From IMG/VR virus record IMGVR_UViG_3300029998_000020, positions 9,130 to 73,129 of that record: a stretch of DNA of 64,000 nt; one strand, given 5' to 3'. Source of the stretch: a virus. This document shows positions 26,505-36,115 of this stretch, one piece after another. A model generated the notes under the pieces. It saw nothing but the letters and a program-made list of their open reading frames with translations. It was not told where the DNA came from and did not search any database. How positions within the stretch are numbered: the stretch's first letter is position 1; every line of letters starts with the position of its first letter. The translations under genes were made by a program, and so were the position numbers.

Positions 26505-27047
26505 TTATTTACCTTGTCTTTTTAAAATAGCTTTTTGTAAGCCTTCTGGTAATTTTTTTTGAGATGCGGACAATCCTTTTTTGTCTTCTTCATCATCTTC
26601 ATCATCATCATCATCATCATCTTTTTTAGATTTGCTCATTGGTTTTTTCTTTTCATCTTTATCTTTCTTATCATCATCTTTCATCTTTTTTACAACTTTG
26701 CCTTTCTTTTCACTCTTTTCATCATCGTCATCATCGTCTTCATCTTTGATGTTTTTGAATTCTTTAAGAATATCTTTTGCTACATCAGTACGTTTAGTTG
26801 GTCCTGATTTTTTAAACAAGTCTTTTTCAGAAAAATCATTAAGACAACAAAGATTGTTTAATTTACCATATGAGTTTTCTTCTTTGCTCTTTGATTTTTC
26901 TGTGATGTTTTTTCCGCCAGATTCTTCTTTGTTTTCAAAAATATCTTTTGCAACTTCAGTTCTTTTCGTAACTTTTGCGTTTTTGAATACTTCTTTTTCT
27001 GAAAAATTATCCATGCTAAGTAGATTATTTAATTTAGTATCTTTCAT
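26505..27047 (-). CDS. Acidic/basic low-complexity protein with two TKRT[DE]VAKD repeats
   Basis: Internal duplication; poly-Asp tail; TAATATATA upstream. Confidence 0.7.
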   Translation of the reverse strand: MKDTKLNNLLSMDNFSEKEVFKNAKVTKRTEVAKDIFENKEESGGKNITEKSKSKEENSYGKLNNLCCLNDFSEKDLFKKSGPTKRTDVAKDILKEFKNIKDEDDDDDDEKSEKKGKVVKKMKDDDKKDKDEKKKPMSKSKKDDDDDDDEDDEEDKKGLSASQKKLPEGLQKAILKRQGK

Positions 27048-27080
27048 GTGTTTTTATTTTATTTTTATATTGTATATATA

Positions 27081-27347
27081 TTATTTTTTATTTACTTTTT
27101 CTTCACCGCAAATGTCAATTTTTATTTTATCTAAATCTTTCGTTGCACCTTTTCCTTTAGTCCAATATTTGTTTATATTATCAAAAAATTCACTTTTCTT
27201 TTCATCTGATAATTTTGCAGGAGATTTAACATCATAGCAATCAAGTATAAATTTAAAATATTCTCTATACTCTATTTGTAAATCTGATAATTTTTCATTT
27301 AAAGATAAACTTTCATTATATTGTTTAAAATCTTTGATTTTATTCAT
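27081..27347 (-). CDS. Late small protein with CTS-like N-terminus
   Basis: MNKIKDFKQYNES; TAATATATA at 27368-76. Confidence 0.7.
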   Translation of the reverse strand: MNKIKDFKQYNESLSLNEKLSDLQIEYREYFKFILDCYDVKSPAKLSDEKKSEFFDNINKYWTKGKGATKDLDKIKIDICGEEKVNKK

Positions 27348-27393
27348 GCGTATATTTTCTTTTTTTGTATATATTAAATAATAAAAATCATTT

Positions 27394-27600
27394 TTATTTT
27401 AATGTAAATTGTCTTTTGATTAAATTACCTTTTAACTTAACTATTTTCTTAGATCCATCTTCAAAATATATAGTAATCTCAAAATTATCAAATATTAAGC
27501 CAAAATCTTGATATTCAATATTATCATATGAATTTGATATAATAATTACATTTTTGTTGTGATAAAAACCTTTTCTTCCTACATAATATTCTTTAAACAT
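27394..27600 (-). CDS. Hypothetical protein
   Basis: 68 aa ORF. Confidence 0.55.
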   Translation of the reverse strand: MFKEYYVGRKGFYHNKNVIIISNSYDNIEYQDFGLIFDNFEITIYFEDGSKKIVKLKGNLIKRQFTLK

Positions 27601-27626
27601 TTATATATTAAATTTTTGATATTTTT

Positions 27627-28115
27627 TCATCTTGGATTAATTCTATTTGCAACCTGCATCATTGAATTGTATCTTGCCTTTTCAAACATTTCTAAAGATA
27701 TATAATCAGAATTTGAGAAATCAATATTTTCATTTAATCTTTGACGTTCCTGAGTTTGTTTTATTTCATTTAATCTTTCGTCACGAAGTTTTTGCATAAC
27801 TTCATTTAACTTATTTTCTCTTTCTTCTTGTTTAACTTCATTGATAATCTGTCCATTTACTCTTTTCTCAATGTTAAATTCATTAATGTTAAAATCTTGT
27901 GAGTATTCTTGTCTTCTTACTTCATTTATATTTTGAGTTTTAAAATTACTATAATTATCGTTATAATTAGTATAGTCAGTAGTTTCTTTTAACATTTGAG
28001 TGTTGTATGAGTTGTCGTTACCTCGTAATTGCTCATATGCATAATTTGTTGATTCTGATTTTTGTGTATTTACTTGTTTAAACAAGTCTAAATACGATTG
28101 ATCGTAATATTCCAT
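27627..28115 (-). CDS. N/E/Q-rich protein with repeated [IL]NE motifs (scaffold/core-like candidate)
   Basis: INE, LNE repeated; two TAATATATA motifs upstream. Confidence 0.6.
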   Translation of the reverse strand: MEYYDQSYLDLFKQVNTQKSESTNYAYEQLRGNDNSYNTQMLKETTDYTNYNDNYSNFKTQNINEVRRQEYSQDFNINEFNIEKRVNGQIINEVKQEERENKLNEVMQKLRDERLNEIKQTQERQRLNENIDFSNSDYISLEMFEKARYNSMMQVANRINPR

Positions 28116-28165
28116 TCTATTGTATTGTTTTTGTTATATATTATTATGATGAGTATATATTAATA

Positions 28166-29113
28166 TTACAAGTTAAATTTGGTTATATCTTCATAAAATG
28201 GATTTTCCTTTATAAAATCAGCAAATCTCTCATAAAAAAGTTCTCCATTATTCTTTTTTAACATATTATAAAATTTAGGATATGCACCCAATCTCAATAA
28301 TTTTGTTGATATGTCAATACCTCCTAATCCAGATTCATAATATAATCTATTGTATATTAAAATAACAAAATCATCATACATATATTTTTTAAGTGGAGTC
28401 ATAAAATCATCTATTATATTAAAATTTTTCTCAATCATTGGTAACATATTTGAAAATGTTTTCATATCTTGAATTATCACACCATTATCAAATAGAGTTT
28501 TAAATATATTTATTACTATATTTTTACTTTTATCACTATAATGTCTTAGTTGATAAGTCAAAGGATATAAATAACTTACTTGGTCCTTACCATTTAAATT
28601 TACATTGTTTTTTATTAATAATTCTAATATTTTTTTATTTAATATGGATCCTGTGAGAACTGATTGAGAATTGATATCTATTTTATTTATATCTACTCCA
28701 TCGTTAATTATTTTTTGATATAACTCAACATTGAACAACTTCTTTATTGCTAATGTAATTAGTGTTGTTCTATTAATTTTGGTTACTTGATTAATATTAG
28801 CTCCTAAATCATACAATTTTTTGAATACTTTAAGACTCTTGCAAAAAAATAACACATTCTCGCCTGTAGATTTTACTACTTGATTTAAGTCAACTTTAAA
28901 TTTTAAAATATAATCAATCAAATCTTCATTATTAGATGAAACTACACTCATTAATACGTTTTTACCACTTTTATCACTATAATTAACTAATCTATTAATT
29001 AATGCTGAGTTTTTGTTGTCTTCTGTTTCTAATGATTTTAATATTTCAATTATATCTTCATTAGACATTGATATGTTTTCATTTAATAGAAACATGTTAT
29101 ATTTTTTTATCAT
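28166..29113 (-). CDS. Ankyrin-repeat protein with CTS-like N-terminus and KFNL C-terminus
   Basis: GKNVLM, GENVLF, LYDLGANIN, DGVDIN repeats. Confidence 0.75.
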   Translation of the reverse strand: MIKKYNMFLLNENISMSNEDIIEILKSLETEDNKNSALINRLVNYSDKSGKNVLMSVVSSNNEDLIDYILKFKVDLNQVVKSTGENVLFFCKSLKVFKKLYDLGANINQVTKINRTTLITLAIKKLFNVELYQKIINDGVDINKIDINSQSVLTGSILNKKILELLIKNNVNLNGKDQVSYLYPLTYQLRHYSDKSKNIVINIFKTLFDNGVIIQDMKTFSNMLPMIEKNFNIIDDFMTPLKKYMYDDFVILIYNRLYYESGLGGIDISTKLLRLGAYPKFYNMLKKNNGELFYERFADFIKENPFYEDITKFNL

Positions 29114-29114
29114 A

Positions 29115-29501
29115 TTATATATTGAATTTATTTGAGTTTTTATAAAATTCTAAGTTTTCTGGATGTTCTAAAAAAGAAACATTGTTATATCCTATAATTA
29201 TTCCATAATCGTCTATTAATAATCCACAATTTTTTGCATATTTCTCAGCCTCAATATCATCTTTAATTAAAATTGAGTCATCATCTTTTTGTATTTGCCA
29301 ATAATCTCCATATTTATTTGTATATGGTACATTATATTCATTTGGAATATTCAATCCTGATGCATGTGAAATAAGCCAACCTTCTTTTTTCATTATATCA
29401 TCATAAAGATTACAAAACCATTCAATGAAGGGCTGAAATAAATCTATTGGATATATTTTCTTATTATCTTTAATATTTTCATATTTTTTGATATATTTCA
29501 T
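29115..29501 (-). CDS. Late protein with CTS-like N-terminus and KFNI C-terminus
   Basis: MKYIKKYEN...FYKNSNKFNI. Confidence 0.7.
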   Translation of the reverse strand: MKYIKKYENIKDNKKIYPIDLFQPFIEWFCNLYDDIMKKEGWLISHASGLNIPNEYNVPYTNKYGDYWQIQKDDDSILIKDDIEAEKYAKNCGLLIDDYGIIIGYNNVSFLEHPENLEFYKNSNKFNI

Positions 29502-29549
29502 TTATAACATATATTTATTTATATATATTAAAAAATTAAAGTTATTTTT

Positions 29550-30176
29550 ATGAGCAAAAGTGAAACACCAACAGAGAAAGATTATAGAGAATCATTTCAA
29601 TCAAATATAGACAAATTAAAAACTGAAATTGAAGATGCACAAGAAGAATTGGATTTTGATCCATCAGAATTTTTTCCAGTTAATAATAACATAGATTTAA
29701 ATTTCAAAATTGAAATGCATGATTATGAAAAAGATTTGGAAGTAATAAGAGAAGAATCTAAAGAAACACTTGAATGCATAGCAAATTTATATTTATCAGA
29801 AGATATTATGTTAAATAAAAATATAAATAACATAATAAAAAATGATGCACTTGCAATTTCTGATTTAAAATTTTCAATTTCATGTTCAAAAAGAGGATTA
29901 ATAAATCTGATGAAGCAAATAGATAATGGCAGTTCAGACGCTGATTTATTTCAGGCTGTTTCTATGTTTCAAAGAGAAATGAAAGATTGTATTGAAACTT
30001 TATATAAATTACAAAAAAGTATGAAAGAATTTTTTAAAGATTTAAAAGAAGAATTAAAGGAAATAAACATAGGTGATAGTGAAGTAGAAATACACGATAA
30101 GTATAAAGATATGAGAATTTCAGATAGAGATATTAACAAATCAATTGATATTATATTAGCATCTAAAAAGAAATAA
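29550..30176 (+). CDS. Helical acidic hypothetical protein
   Basis: 208 aa ORF, divergent promoter region. Confidence 0.7.
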   Translation: MSKSETPTEKDYRESFQSNIDKLKTEIEDAQEELDFDPSEFFPVNNNIDLNFKIEMHDYEKDLEVIREESKETLECIANLYLSEDIMLNKNINNIIKNDALAISDLKFSISCSKRGLINLMKQIDNGSSDADLFQAVSMFQREMKDCIETLYKLQKSMKEFFKDLKEELKEINIGDSEVEIHDKYKDMRISDRDINKSIDIILASKKK

Positions 30177-30208
30177 AAAAATCAGTAGATATTCTACTGA
30201 TTTTTTTT
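30175..30208. terminator. Bidirectional terminator
   Basis: AAAAAATCAGTAG-ATATT-CTACTGATTTTTT. Confidence 0.75.
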
Positions 30209-30478
30209 AAATGTTTCTGATTTAATTTTTTCTATTGCTACTATCACTATGCTAACGTACACTTTCTTTTTTTCATCTAAAAGTTCACACATATGCTTTG
30301 TACTATCAGACAATCCTTTTAATTTATCATATTCTTCATCAGTTAAATAAACAGTTTTATTATTATTTCTTCTTGTTGAATATTCCTGAGTTTTAGTTAA
30401 CTCTCCATTTTCACTCAACTCATAAGGATTTCTAAATTTATCCTTATCAACTTCTTCATTAAATTTTTCTATTTTCAT
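30194..30478 (-). CDS. Late protein, paralog of 30493-30777
   Basis: MKIEKFNEE; NGEL...LTD[DE]EY shared. Confidence 0.7.
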   Translation of the reverse strand: MKIEKFNEEVDKDKFRNPYELSENGELTKTQEYSTRRNNNKTVYLTDEEYDKLKGLSDSTKHMCELLDEKKKVYVSIVIVAIEKIKSETFKKNQ

Positions 30479-30492
30479 ATTACTTTTTATTT

Positions 30493-30777
30493 TTATAAAT
30501 TAAATTTATTAGTTGTTCTCATAAATTCAGAGTCATCTTTAACTTTTGATATTGCAGTTCTTAGTCTTAATATCTGTGTTTCTTTCATTGCATTATAATT
30601 CTCACAAGATTTTTTTATATTATCAGCTAAATCTTTTATTCTACTATACTCATCATCAGTTAAGAAAATATTAGAACTCATGGTGTTGCCAAGTTTCAAT
30701 TCTCCATTTTTAGGTTCAATAAAATATCCTTTTTCTCTTGAACTTTCGTTTATTTCTTCAAATTTATTCACCTTCAT
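30493..30777 (-). CDS. Late protein with CTS-like N-terminus and KFNL end
   Basis: MKVNKFEEINES...TTNKFNL. Confidence 0.7.
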   Translation of the reverse strand: MKVNKFEEINESSREKGYFIEPKNGELKLGNTMSSNIFLTDDEYSRIKDLADNIKKSCENYNAMKETQILRLRTAISKVKDDSEFMRTTNKFNL

Positions 30778-30778
30778 A

Positions 30779-31120
30779 TTATATGTTAAATTTTTTTGAA
30801 TTTTTATACACCTCAGGATTGTCTACAAATTTCATTATATCATCAAATTCACTTTGATTTATAATATCACAATATTTTTTTTTAGAACTAGATTCTATAA
30901 TAATCATAACAGAATAAAAATATCCGTTATTTTCAAAATCTTTCTCAATAGTCTTTTCTATACTAATTGCTTTAACTTTTTTAAGTCCATATCCATAATG
31001 ATTTATTCTAAATTGATCATTGAAATTATAATAATCACTTATGAGATTCATAATATCTAACCTTATTCTTTCACACTCATGGTTTAATTTTAAATATTCA
31101 TCATATTTATTTACCTTCAT
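30779..31120 (-). CDS. Late protein, tandem paralog of 31122-31451 (start revised to MKVNKYDEY)
   Basis: Ends NPEVYKNSKKFNI. Confidence 0.7.
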   Translation of the reverse strand: MKVNKYDEYLKLNHECERIRLDIMNLISDYYNFNDQFRINHYGYGLKKVKAISIEKTIEKDFENNGYFYSVMIIIESSSKKKYCDIINQSEFDDIMKFVDNPEVYKNSKKFNI

Positions 31121-31121
31121 A

Positions 31122-31451
31122 TTATATGTTAAATTTTTTTGAGTTTTTATATACATCAGGATTTTCTATAAATTTAATCATATCATCATATTCACTTTGA
31201 GTTAACTTATCATAATTTCTACCTCCTGGTACATAATATTCTATCCAATAAAAATATTCTCCTGAATCATAATCTATTTCATCAGACTTACTAACATTTA
31301 AGACAATTTTAATATTATTATCTCCAATATGAGTTATTCTGAAATCATCATTCAAATTATAATAATCTTGAATTAGACTCATAATATTACTTCTTTCGAT
31401 ATCGTATTTATCTTTCAACTTTAAAAATTGTTCATATCTAGTTACTTTCAT
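31122..31451 (-). CDS. Late protein, tandem paralog of 30779-31120
   Basis: MKVTRYEQF...NPDVYKNSKKFNI. Confidence 0.7.
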   Translation of the reverse strand: MKVTRYEQFLKLKDKYDIERSNIMSLIQDYYNLNDDFRITHIGDNNIKIVLNVSKSDEIDYDSGEYFYWIEYYVPGGRNYDKLTQSEYDDMIKFIENPDVYKNSKKFNI

Positions 31452-31457
31452 GCCAAT

Positions 31458-31763
31458 TTAATTCATTTTGAAATATTTATCATAAACAAACTCAGCGGTA
31501 TATTCTTTTCTTTTATCTTTAAGATTATTTATTTCTTCTAATATTTCTGGATTGTTATCAAACATATTTTTTAGATAAGATTCCGCTTCATCTAATTGAT
31601 TAAAAGACTTTTCACTTATATGTTTTTCATTACAATATATGTGTGATATGTGATCAAATACATCATCAACATAATTTCTTACTGGAAATTTCCATCCAAA
31701 TGAATTTATTTCATATTCTGGATTTTTATTGTACATTTCCGTTATTAATTTAACGTGATTCAT
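31458..31763 (-). CDS. Late small protein with CTS-like N-terminus
   Basis: MNHVKLITE. Confidence 0.65.
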   Translation of the reverse strand: MNHVKLITEMYNKNPEYEINSFGWKFPVRNYVDDVFDHISHIYCNEKHISEKSFNQLDEAESYLKNMFDNNPEILEEINNLKDKRKEYTAEFVYDKYFKMN

Positions 31764-31793
31764 TTAAATATATTTATTTTTCAGTATATATAA

Positions 31794-31824
31794 AAAAAAA
31801 TACACTTAAATAAGTGTATTTTTT
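31794..31824 (-). terminator. Intrinsic terminator
   Basis: AAAAAATACACTTA-AA-TAAGTGTATTTTTT. Confidence 0.7.
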
Positions 31825-33665
31825 AATAATATTTCAAACTTTATATTTGTATCATTTTTAATATATACTCTATTCATTATATTGAAAATATATTTAAATA
31901 TTCTTTTAAGTTCTTTTCTTTGAGTTTTTCTTGCATCTATTAGAGTGCTACTGTAAATATCATTCAATTCAAATTTTGTATAAATTTTTTCAAATAGTAT
32001 ACTATTTTCAATGTCTTTATTTCTTTTGAAATATATTTTTTCTAAATCATTTGATTTTACTGTTCTACATTTAATTTCATTAAAGTCTGTATCTAGCCAA
32101 ATATCATATATTTTTCTGATAGTATCATTTTTGAATTTTGAAATTATATTTTCATCTTTAATACTATTTGTAATAATATAATTTAATATTTCTATTTCAT
32201 CATTTTCAACTTTAATATCATTTTCACTACTAATATTATTAATATCCATTAATTTTTTATTGACTTCATCAGGTGCAAAAACTTTGCCTTTTTCATCTGA
32301 TTCATTCCAAGCCATTGTGATACCCCACTTAACTCCTGAAATATCATTAATAATTTTATTTCTTAATAAATCTAAAAATTTAATATTTTTATAATTTTCT
32401 TTTTTGCATTTTTTGAAAATATTAGATATTGAACCAATACCAGTATGTCCACCTGCAACTGTTCTATCATCATCATATTCTAAATGTTGTTTGAAGTTTT
32501 TTAATAAACCATCCATATATGAACCTAAATTATCAATTGGTATACCATTCTTATCTTTTGGTAAATCATCTGGCGACATATCAGACATTTTAGTTGTCAA
32601 ATTTGCAATTTGAAGTGTATTACCATATTGTAACAGAACGAAATTTAATTTAGTATTATACTGAATAATACCTGATTCAACATCTTGTGAAAAAATAGCC
32701 TTAGCTCTTAATGCATTCGCCCAAGTTCCTGACGGTACATACATTAAATTTCCTATTATTTGATATACAACAGGCTTAACTTGCCATTTTAATTCATCAG
32801 TATTTATTACATTACCTTCATCATCATGATCTATGTATGGAATTTTTTGTGCAAATTTTTTCCAAAATTCATCTTGTGATGAAAATATTATTTTTTTACC
32901 ATCTTCTGTGAACCCTTGTGATTCATTTCCAATACCTTTTGTTTTTGATTTCATTTGTTCTAATCTTAAATATGCATCAGATACAAATTCAGGTTCATCA
33001 CCATTTTTGAAATTAGGATTATTTTTAGGATAGAATATTTTAAATAATCTGAAAATGTTATATATTGATGGTTCTTGAGATGCATTTATAACTTCAATAA
33101 ATGTTTTATGGTCAGAACGCTTGAGCATTTGATTAAATGATGCTGCAAAATTTAACTTTGCATTATCACTATTGATAATATTATTTAAATCAAAATCTAA
33201 TATACCTTTGATGTCTACATGATACTCATCATATTTTGCAGAATCAATCATGTCTATCCAATCTTTTGTGTCATTTGAAAATGGTATGCCTAATTGTTGA
33301 GCTAAACCTTCAGCTGCAGAACCAGTATTTGTTTTTATACTACCTTTCTTTTGTGCTATTATTTTCTCTTCTTCAGAAAAAATTCCATGGTGGTCGACAT
33401 AATAATTAAATGACTCATCATCCGAAGAAAAATCTAATGTTATATTAATCAGTGAGTTATCTAATTTGAATGCATCAACACCTTCTTGGTAATCAATCAA
33501 ACCATATCTAAGAATTTTAAAATCATGATTAATTAAATAATTCTTCATTATTATTGCGGAAACTATTCCGTCTAAATCATTGTGTGTAATTAAACATACA
33601 TTTTTTCCAGATTTGCCTTTTTTTAGCCAATAATTTATATCATTTGGAAGTCTTGGTGCAGCCAT
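31806..33665 (-). CDS. DHH/DHHA1-family phosphoesterase-like protein
   Basis: ITHNDLDG, TLDF, VDHH, AGGH. Confidence 0.75.
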   Translation of the reverse strand: MAAPRLPNDINYWLKKGKSGKNVCLITHNDLDGIVSAIIMKNYLINHDFKILRYGLIDYQEGVDAFKLDNSLINITLDFSSDDESFNYYVDHHGIFSEEEKIIAQKKGSIKTNTGSAAEGLAQQLGIPFSNDTKDWIDMIDSAKYDEYHVDIKGILDFDLNNIINSDNAKLNFAASFNQMLKRSDHKTFIEVINASQEPSIYNIFRLFKIFYPKNNPNFKNGDEPEFVSDAYLRLEQMKSKTKGIGNESQGFTEDGKKIIFSSQDEFWKKFAQKIPYIDHDDEGNVINTDELKWQVKPVVYQIIGNLMYVPSGTWANALRAKAIFSQDVESGIIQYNTKLNFVLLQYGNTLQIANLTTKMSDMSPDDLPKDKNGIPIDNLGSYMDGLLKNFKQHLEYDDDRTVAGGHTGIGSISNIFKKCKKENYKNIKFLDLLRNKIINDISGVKWGITMAWNESDEKGKVFAPDEVNKKLMDINNISSENDIKVENDEIEILNYIITNSIKDENIISKFKNDTIRKIYDIWLDTDFNEIKCRTVKSNDLEKIYFKRNKDIENSILFEKIYTKFELNDIYSSTLIDARKTQRKELKRIFKYIFNIMNRVYIKNDTNIKFEILLKNTLI

Positions 33666-33690
33666 ATTTTTTATTTTTATAATTAGATTA

Positions 33691-33720
33691 CAAAGATAAC
33701 AAAATATTTCTAATATACAA
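33691..33720 (-). promoter_or_regulatory. Bacteroidota sigma70-type promoter
   Basis: TTG-N19-TATCTTTG. Confidence 0.75.
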
Positions 33721-33732
33721 CCATTTGACTGT

Positions 33733-34218
33733 TTAATTTTTCTTGGAGAGTAGAGATGTTATATCACTAATAAACTTATCAGAATGTTTTGGATTCATAT
33801 TTTCAACAATTGAAAAATTACCATTCCCTTTTACTTTTATTCCTTCTGTGATTTTTCTAAGTTCTGGCTTAGTTGAATAGTATTTCAATAAACTATTAAC
33901 AAATTCATTAATATTCATTTTTAATTTTTCATTGTACTTAACAATGTGTAATTGATTATCTTTCTTTCTGATAAAATAATCAGTATCAGAATATTTATTT
34001 TTAATTGTTTCAAGTATATCAGTTATATTACCGTTATTGAATTTGATAATTCTTTCTTCTAATATTTCAATTGTTGAAGTAGAATCATCTTTAGGAGTCA
34101 ATAAAACTTCTTCTTTTATAGGTTCATCTTCAATATAAGTATTAATTGAAATTTTAGATTCAGTAGGTATGTTTTGTACATTTAATGTATCAAAATCACT
34201 ATAGCGTTTTATTGGCAT
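33733..34218 (-). CDS. Late protein, paralog of 48167-48571
   Basis: MPIKRYSDF; KKDNQLHIVKYN...KGN..FSIV. Confidence 0.7.
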   Translation of the reverse strand: MPIKRYSDFDTLNVQNIPTESKISINTYIEDEPIKEEVLLTPKDDSTSTIEILEERIIKFNNGNITDILETIKNKYSDTDYFIRKKDNQLHIVKYNEKLKMNINEFVNSLLKYYSTKPELRKITEGIKVKGNGNFSIVENMNPKHSDKFISDITSLLSKKN

Positions 34219-34338
34219 ATTTTTTTATTAATTTTATATTAATTTATATTATATATTAATAAATTAAAGTCATTTTATTTTTATTGACAAATAAATGTTA
34301 TTTGTAGTTAAATAAATACCTTATTCATTCAAATTGTA

Positions 34339-34368
34339 TTGTATATTTATGATAATGTTGTATCTTTG
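34339..34368 (+). promoter_or_regulatory. Bacteroidota sigma70-type promoter
   Basis: TTG-N19-TATCTTTG. Confidence 0.75.
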
Positions 34369-34478
34369 TATTCAAATTAATTGAAATGATGAAAGAATAA
34401 ATTAAAATAGACTGAATTTGCACTACAATATGACGGAGATTATTCATTTAAAGTATTTAAAATTTAATAAAAAACATT

Positions 34479-34793
34479 ATGAACTTGGAACAAATCGAAT
34501 TTAAAACAATTGAAGATTTTGATAGTATTAAAAATTCAAAATTTTATGACATTCTTAAAGATTTTGATATTCTCAAAATGACATCTGAACAGGAAGAAGA
34601 ACTTAAGATTTTTATTCTTAGTTTATCTGATGAAGAAATTGACTCTGTTATGATTAAAATTATTGATGATGATTATTGTAATTGTTCCACTATTTATGAG
34701 CACAAAAAAAATAAAAAGATGAAAGAATTCTTATCAGATTTAAGATTTGAAAAAATTTTAGAAAGAATATTATATGTACCTAAGAATTATTAA
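34479..34793 (+). CDS. Hypothetical protein with tag-like C-terminus
   Basis: Ends DLRFEKILERIL. Confidence 0.6.
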   Translation: MNLEQIEFKTIEDFDSIKNSKFYDILKDFDILKMTSEQEEELKIFILSLSDEEIDSVMIKIIDDDYCNCSTIYEHKKNKKMKEFLSDLRFEKILERILYVPKNY

Positions 34794-34809
34794 ATATTAA
34801 TAAATTCGC

Positions 34810-34848
34810 AAAAAAAAAGATTATTACTATTAAGTAATAATCTTTTTT
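34810..34848. terminator. Bidirectional terminator
   Basis: AAAAAAGATTATTACT-ATTA-AGTAATAATCTTTTTT. Confidence 0.7.
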
Positions 34849-34862
34849 TGTTTAAAAATTAA

Positions 34863-35375
34863 TTAGATTTCTTGTGCTGGAACTTGTGCAGCAGCAGATT
34901 GAGCACTTGGTTGAATAGTTGCCTGAACTTGTGCCTGAGCACTACCTGCAGGTTGAGCTTGTGCTGTACCTGGCTGAACTTGTGCTTGTGCCTGTGCTCC
35001 TTGTGCTGGCTGAACTTGTGATTCATCACCATACTCATCTTGTGCACCTTGTGCCTGTGGTTGTGCTTGAACTGGTCCTTTATCAGATCCTGTTACTATT
35101 TCAACTGGAAGATTTTCAATATTCAAATAGTTTTCATTAGCCCATTGTACTAATCTTTCAGCTAATCTTTTTTCACCCATTTCTGCTCTCAAATCTTTTC
35201 CTGTACTTTCTTTAACTTTCTTAATGAATGAGCCAACTAAAGATTTTGGAAGATCGACATCAACACTTACACGATAAAAATCGTCAATTGCGTCTACCAT
35301 TTCATTTACTGCTGATACTTGTGTTGTAGATTTCTTACCTTTGAAATCATTTAAACTTAAAATATTTTTTGTCAT
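34863..35375 (-). CDS. Late protein with Gln/Ala/Pro-rich tail
   Basis: MTKNILSLNDF...VNE; AQAQVQP repeats. Confidence 0.7.
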   Translation of the reverse strand: MTKNILSLNDFKGKKSTTQVSAVNEMVDAIDDFYRVSVDVDLPKSLVGSFIKKVKESTGKDLRAEMGEKRLAERLVQWANENYLNIENLPVEIVTGSDKGPVQAQPQAQGAQDEYGDESQVQPAQGAQAQAQVQPGTAQAQPAGSAQAQVQATIQPSAQSAAAQVPAQEI

Positions 35376-35556
35376 TTTTTCAATATTATTTTTTTTGTAT
35401 ATTAATTTTGTATATTATATATTAAAATTCATATGTTCATTTTTATTCAATCATATATATTAAATAAAAAATATGAATTTTTGTATTTTTACTAATTATT
35501 ATTTATTAAACTTTAAATGAAAATTTTTATAAATAAATTAAATTAAATTAGAAAAC

Positions 35557-36060
35557 ATGAAAATAAATATAATTGTAGCAGTATCAGAAAATTGGGTAAT
35601 TGGAAAAGATAATAAATTATTATGGAGATTGAGTAACGATCTTAAAAAATTCAAAGAATTAACATTAAATAAGCCTATTATTATGGGTGACAAAACTTTT
35701 TATTCTTTACCAAAAGGAGCATTACCAAATAGAACTAACATTATTTTGACATTAGACAAGAGTTTTAATGAACCTGATACTATTCCAGTATATTCAATAG
35801 AAGATGCTTTAAAAACAGCCGAGATGTATGGTGATGATGTGTTTATAACAGGAGGAGGAAGTATATATAAACAATTCTTAGATATATCAGATACTGTGTA
35901 TTTAACTGTAGTTCATACAATTATAGATGGAGATACTATATTTCCAGAACTTGATGATAAATGGATTTGTATATCAGAAGAATTTAAATCAAAAGATGAA
36001 AAGAATGATTATGACCATACTTATAAAATATATAATAAAAAATATGATAATGTTAAATAA
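35557..36060 (+). CDS. folA: Dihydrofolate reductase
   Basis: IVAVSENWVIG, LLWRLSNDL, IMGDKTF, LPNRTNI, GGGSIY, GDTIFP. Confidence 0.95.
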   Translation: MKINIIVAVSENWVIGKDNKLLWRLSNDLKKFKELTLNKPIIMGDKTFYSLPKGALPNRTNIILTLDKSFNEPDTIPVYSIEDALKTAEMYGDDVFITGGGSIYKQFLDISDTVYLTVVHTIIDGDTIFPELDDKWICISEEFKSKDEKNDYDHTYKIYNKKYDNVK

Positions 36061-36115
36061 TATATAAAATAACAAATCATAAAATTAACAATCAAACAAA
36101 AAATAATTAAAATAA

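Noticed and set aside
26559-27237. + strand poly-Ser/Phe ORFs
   Set aside because: Antisense shadows of the Asp/Lys-rich gene 26505-27047.
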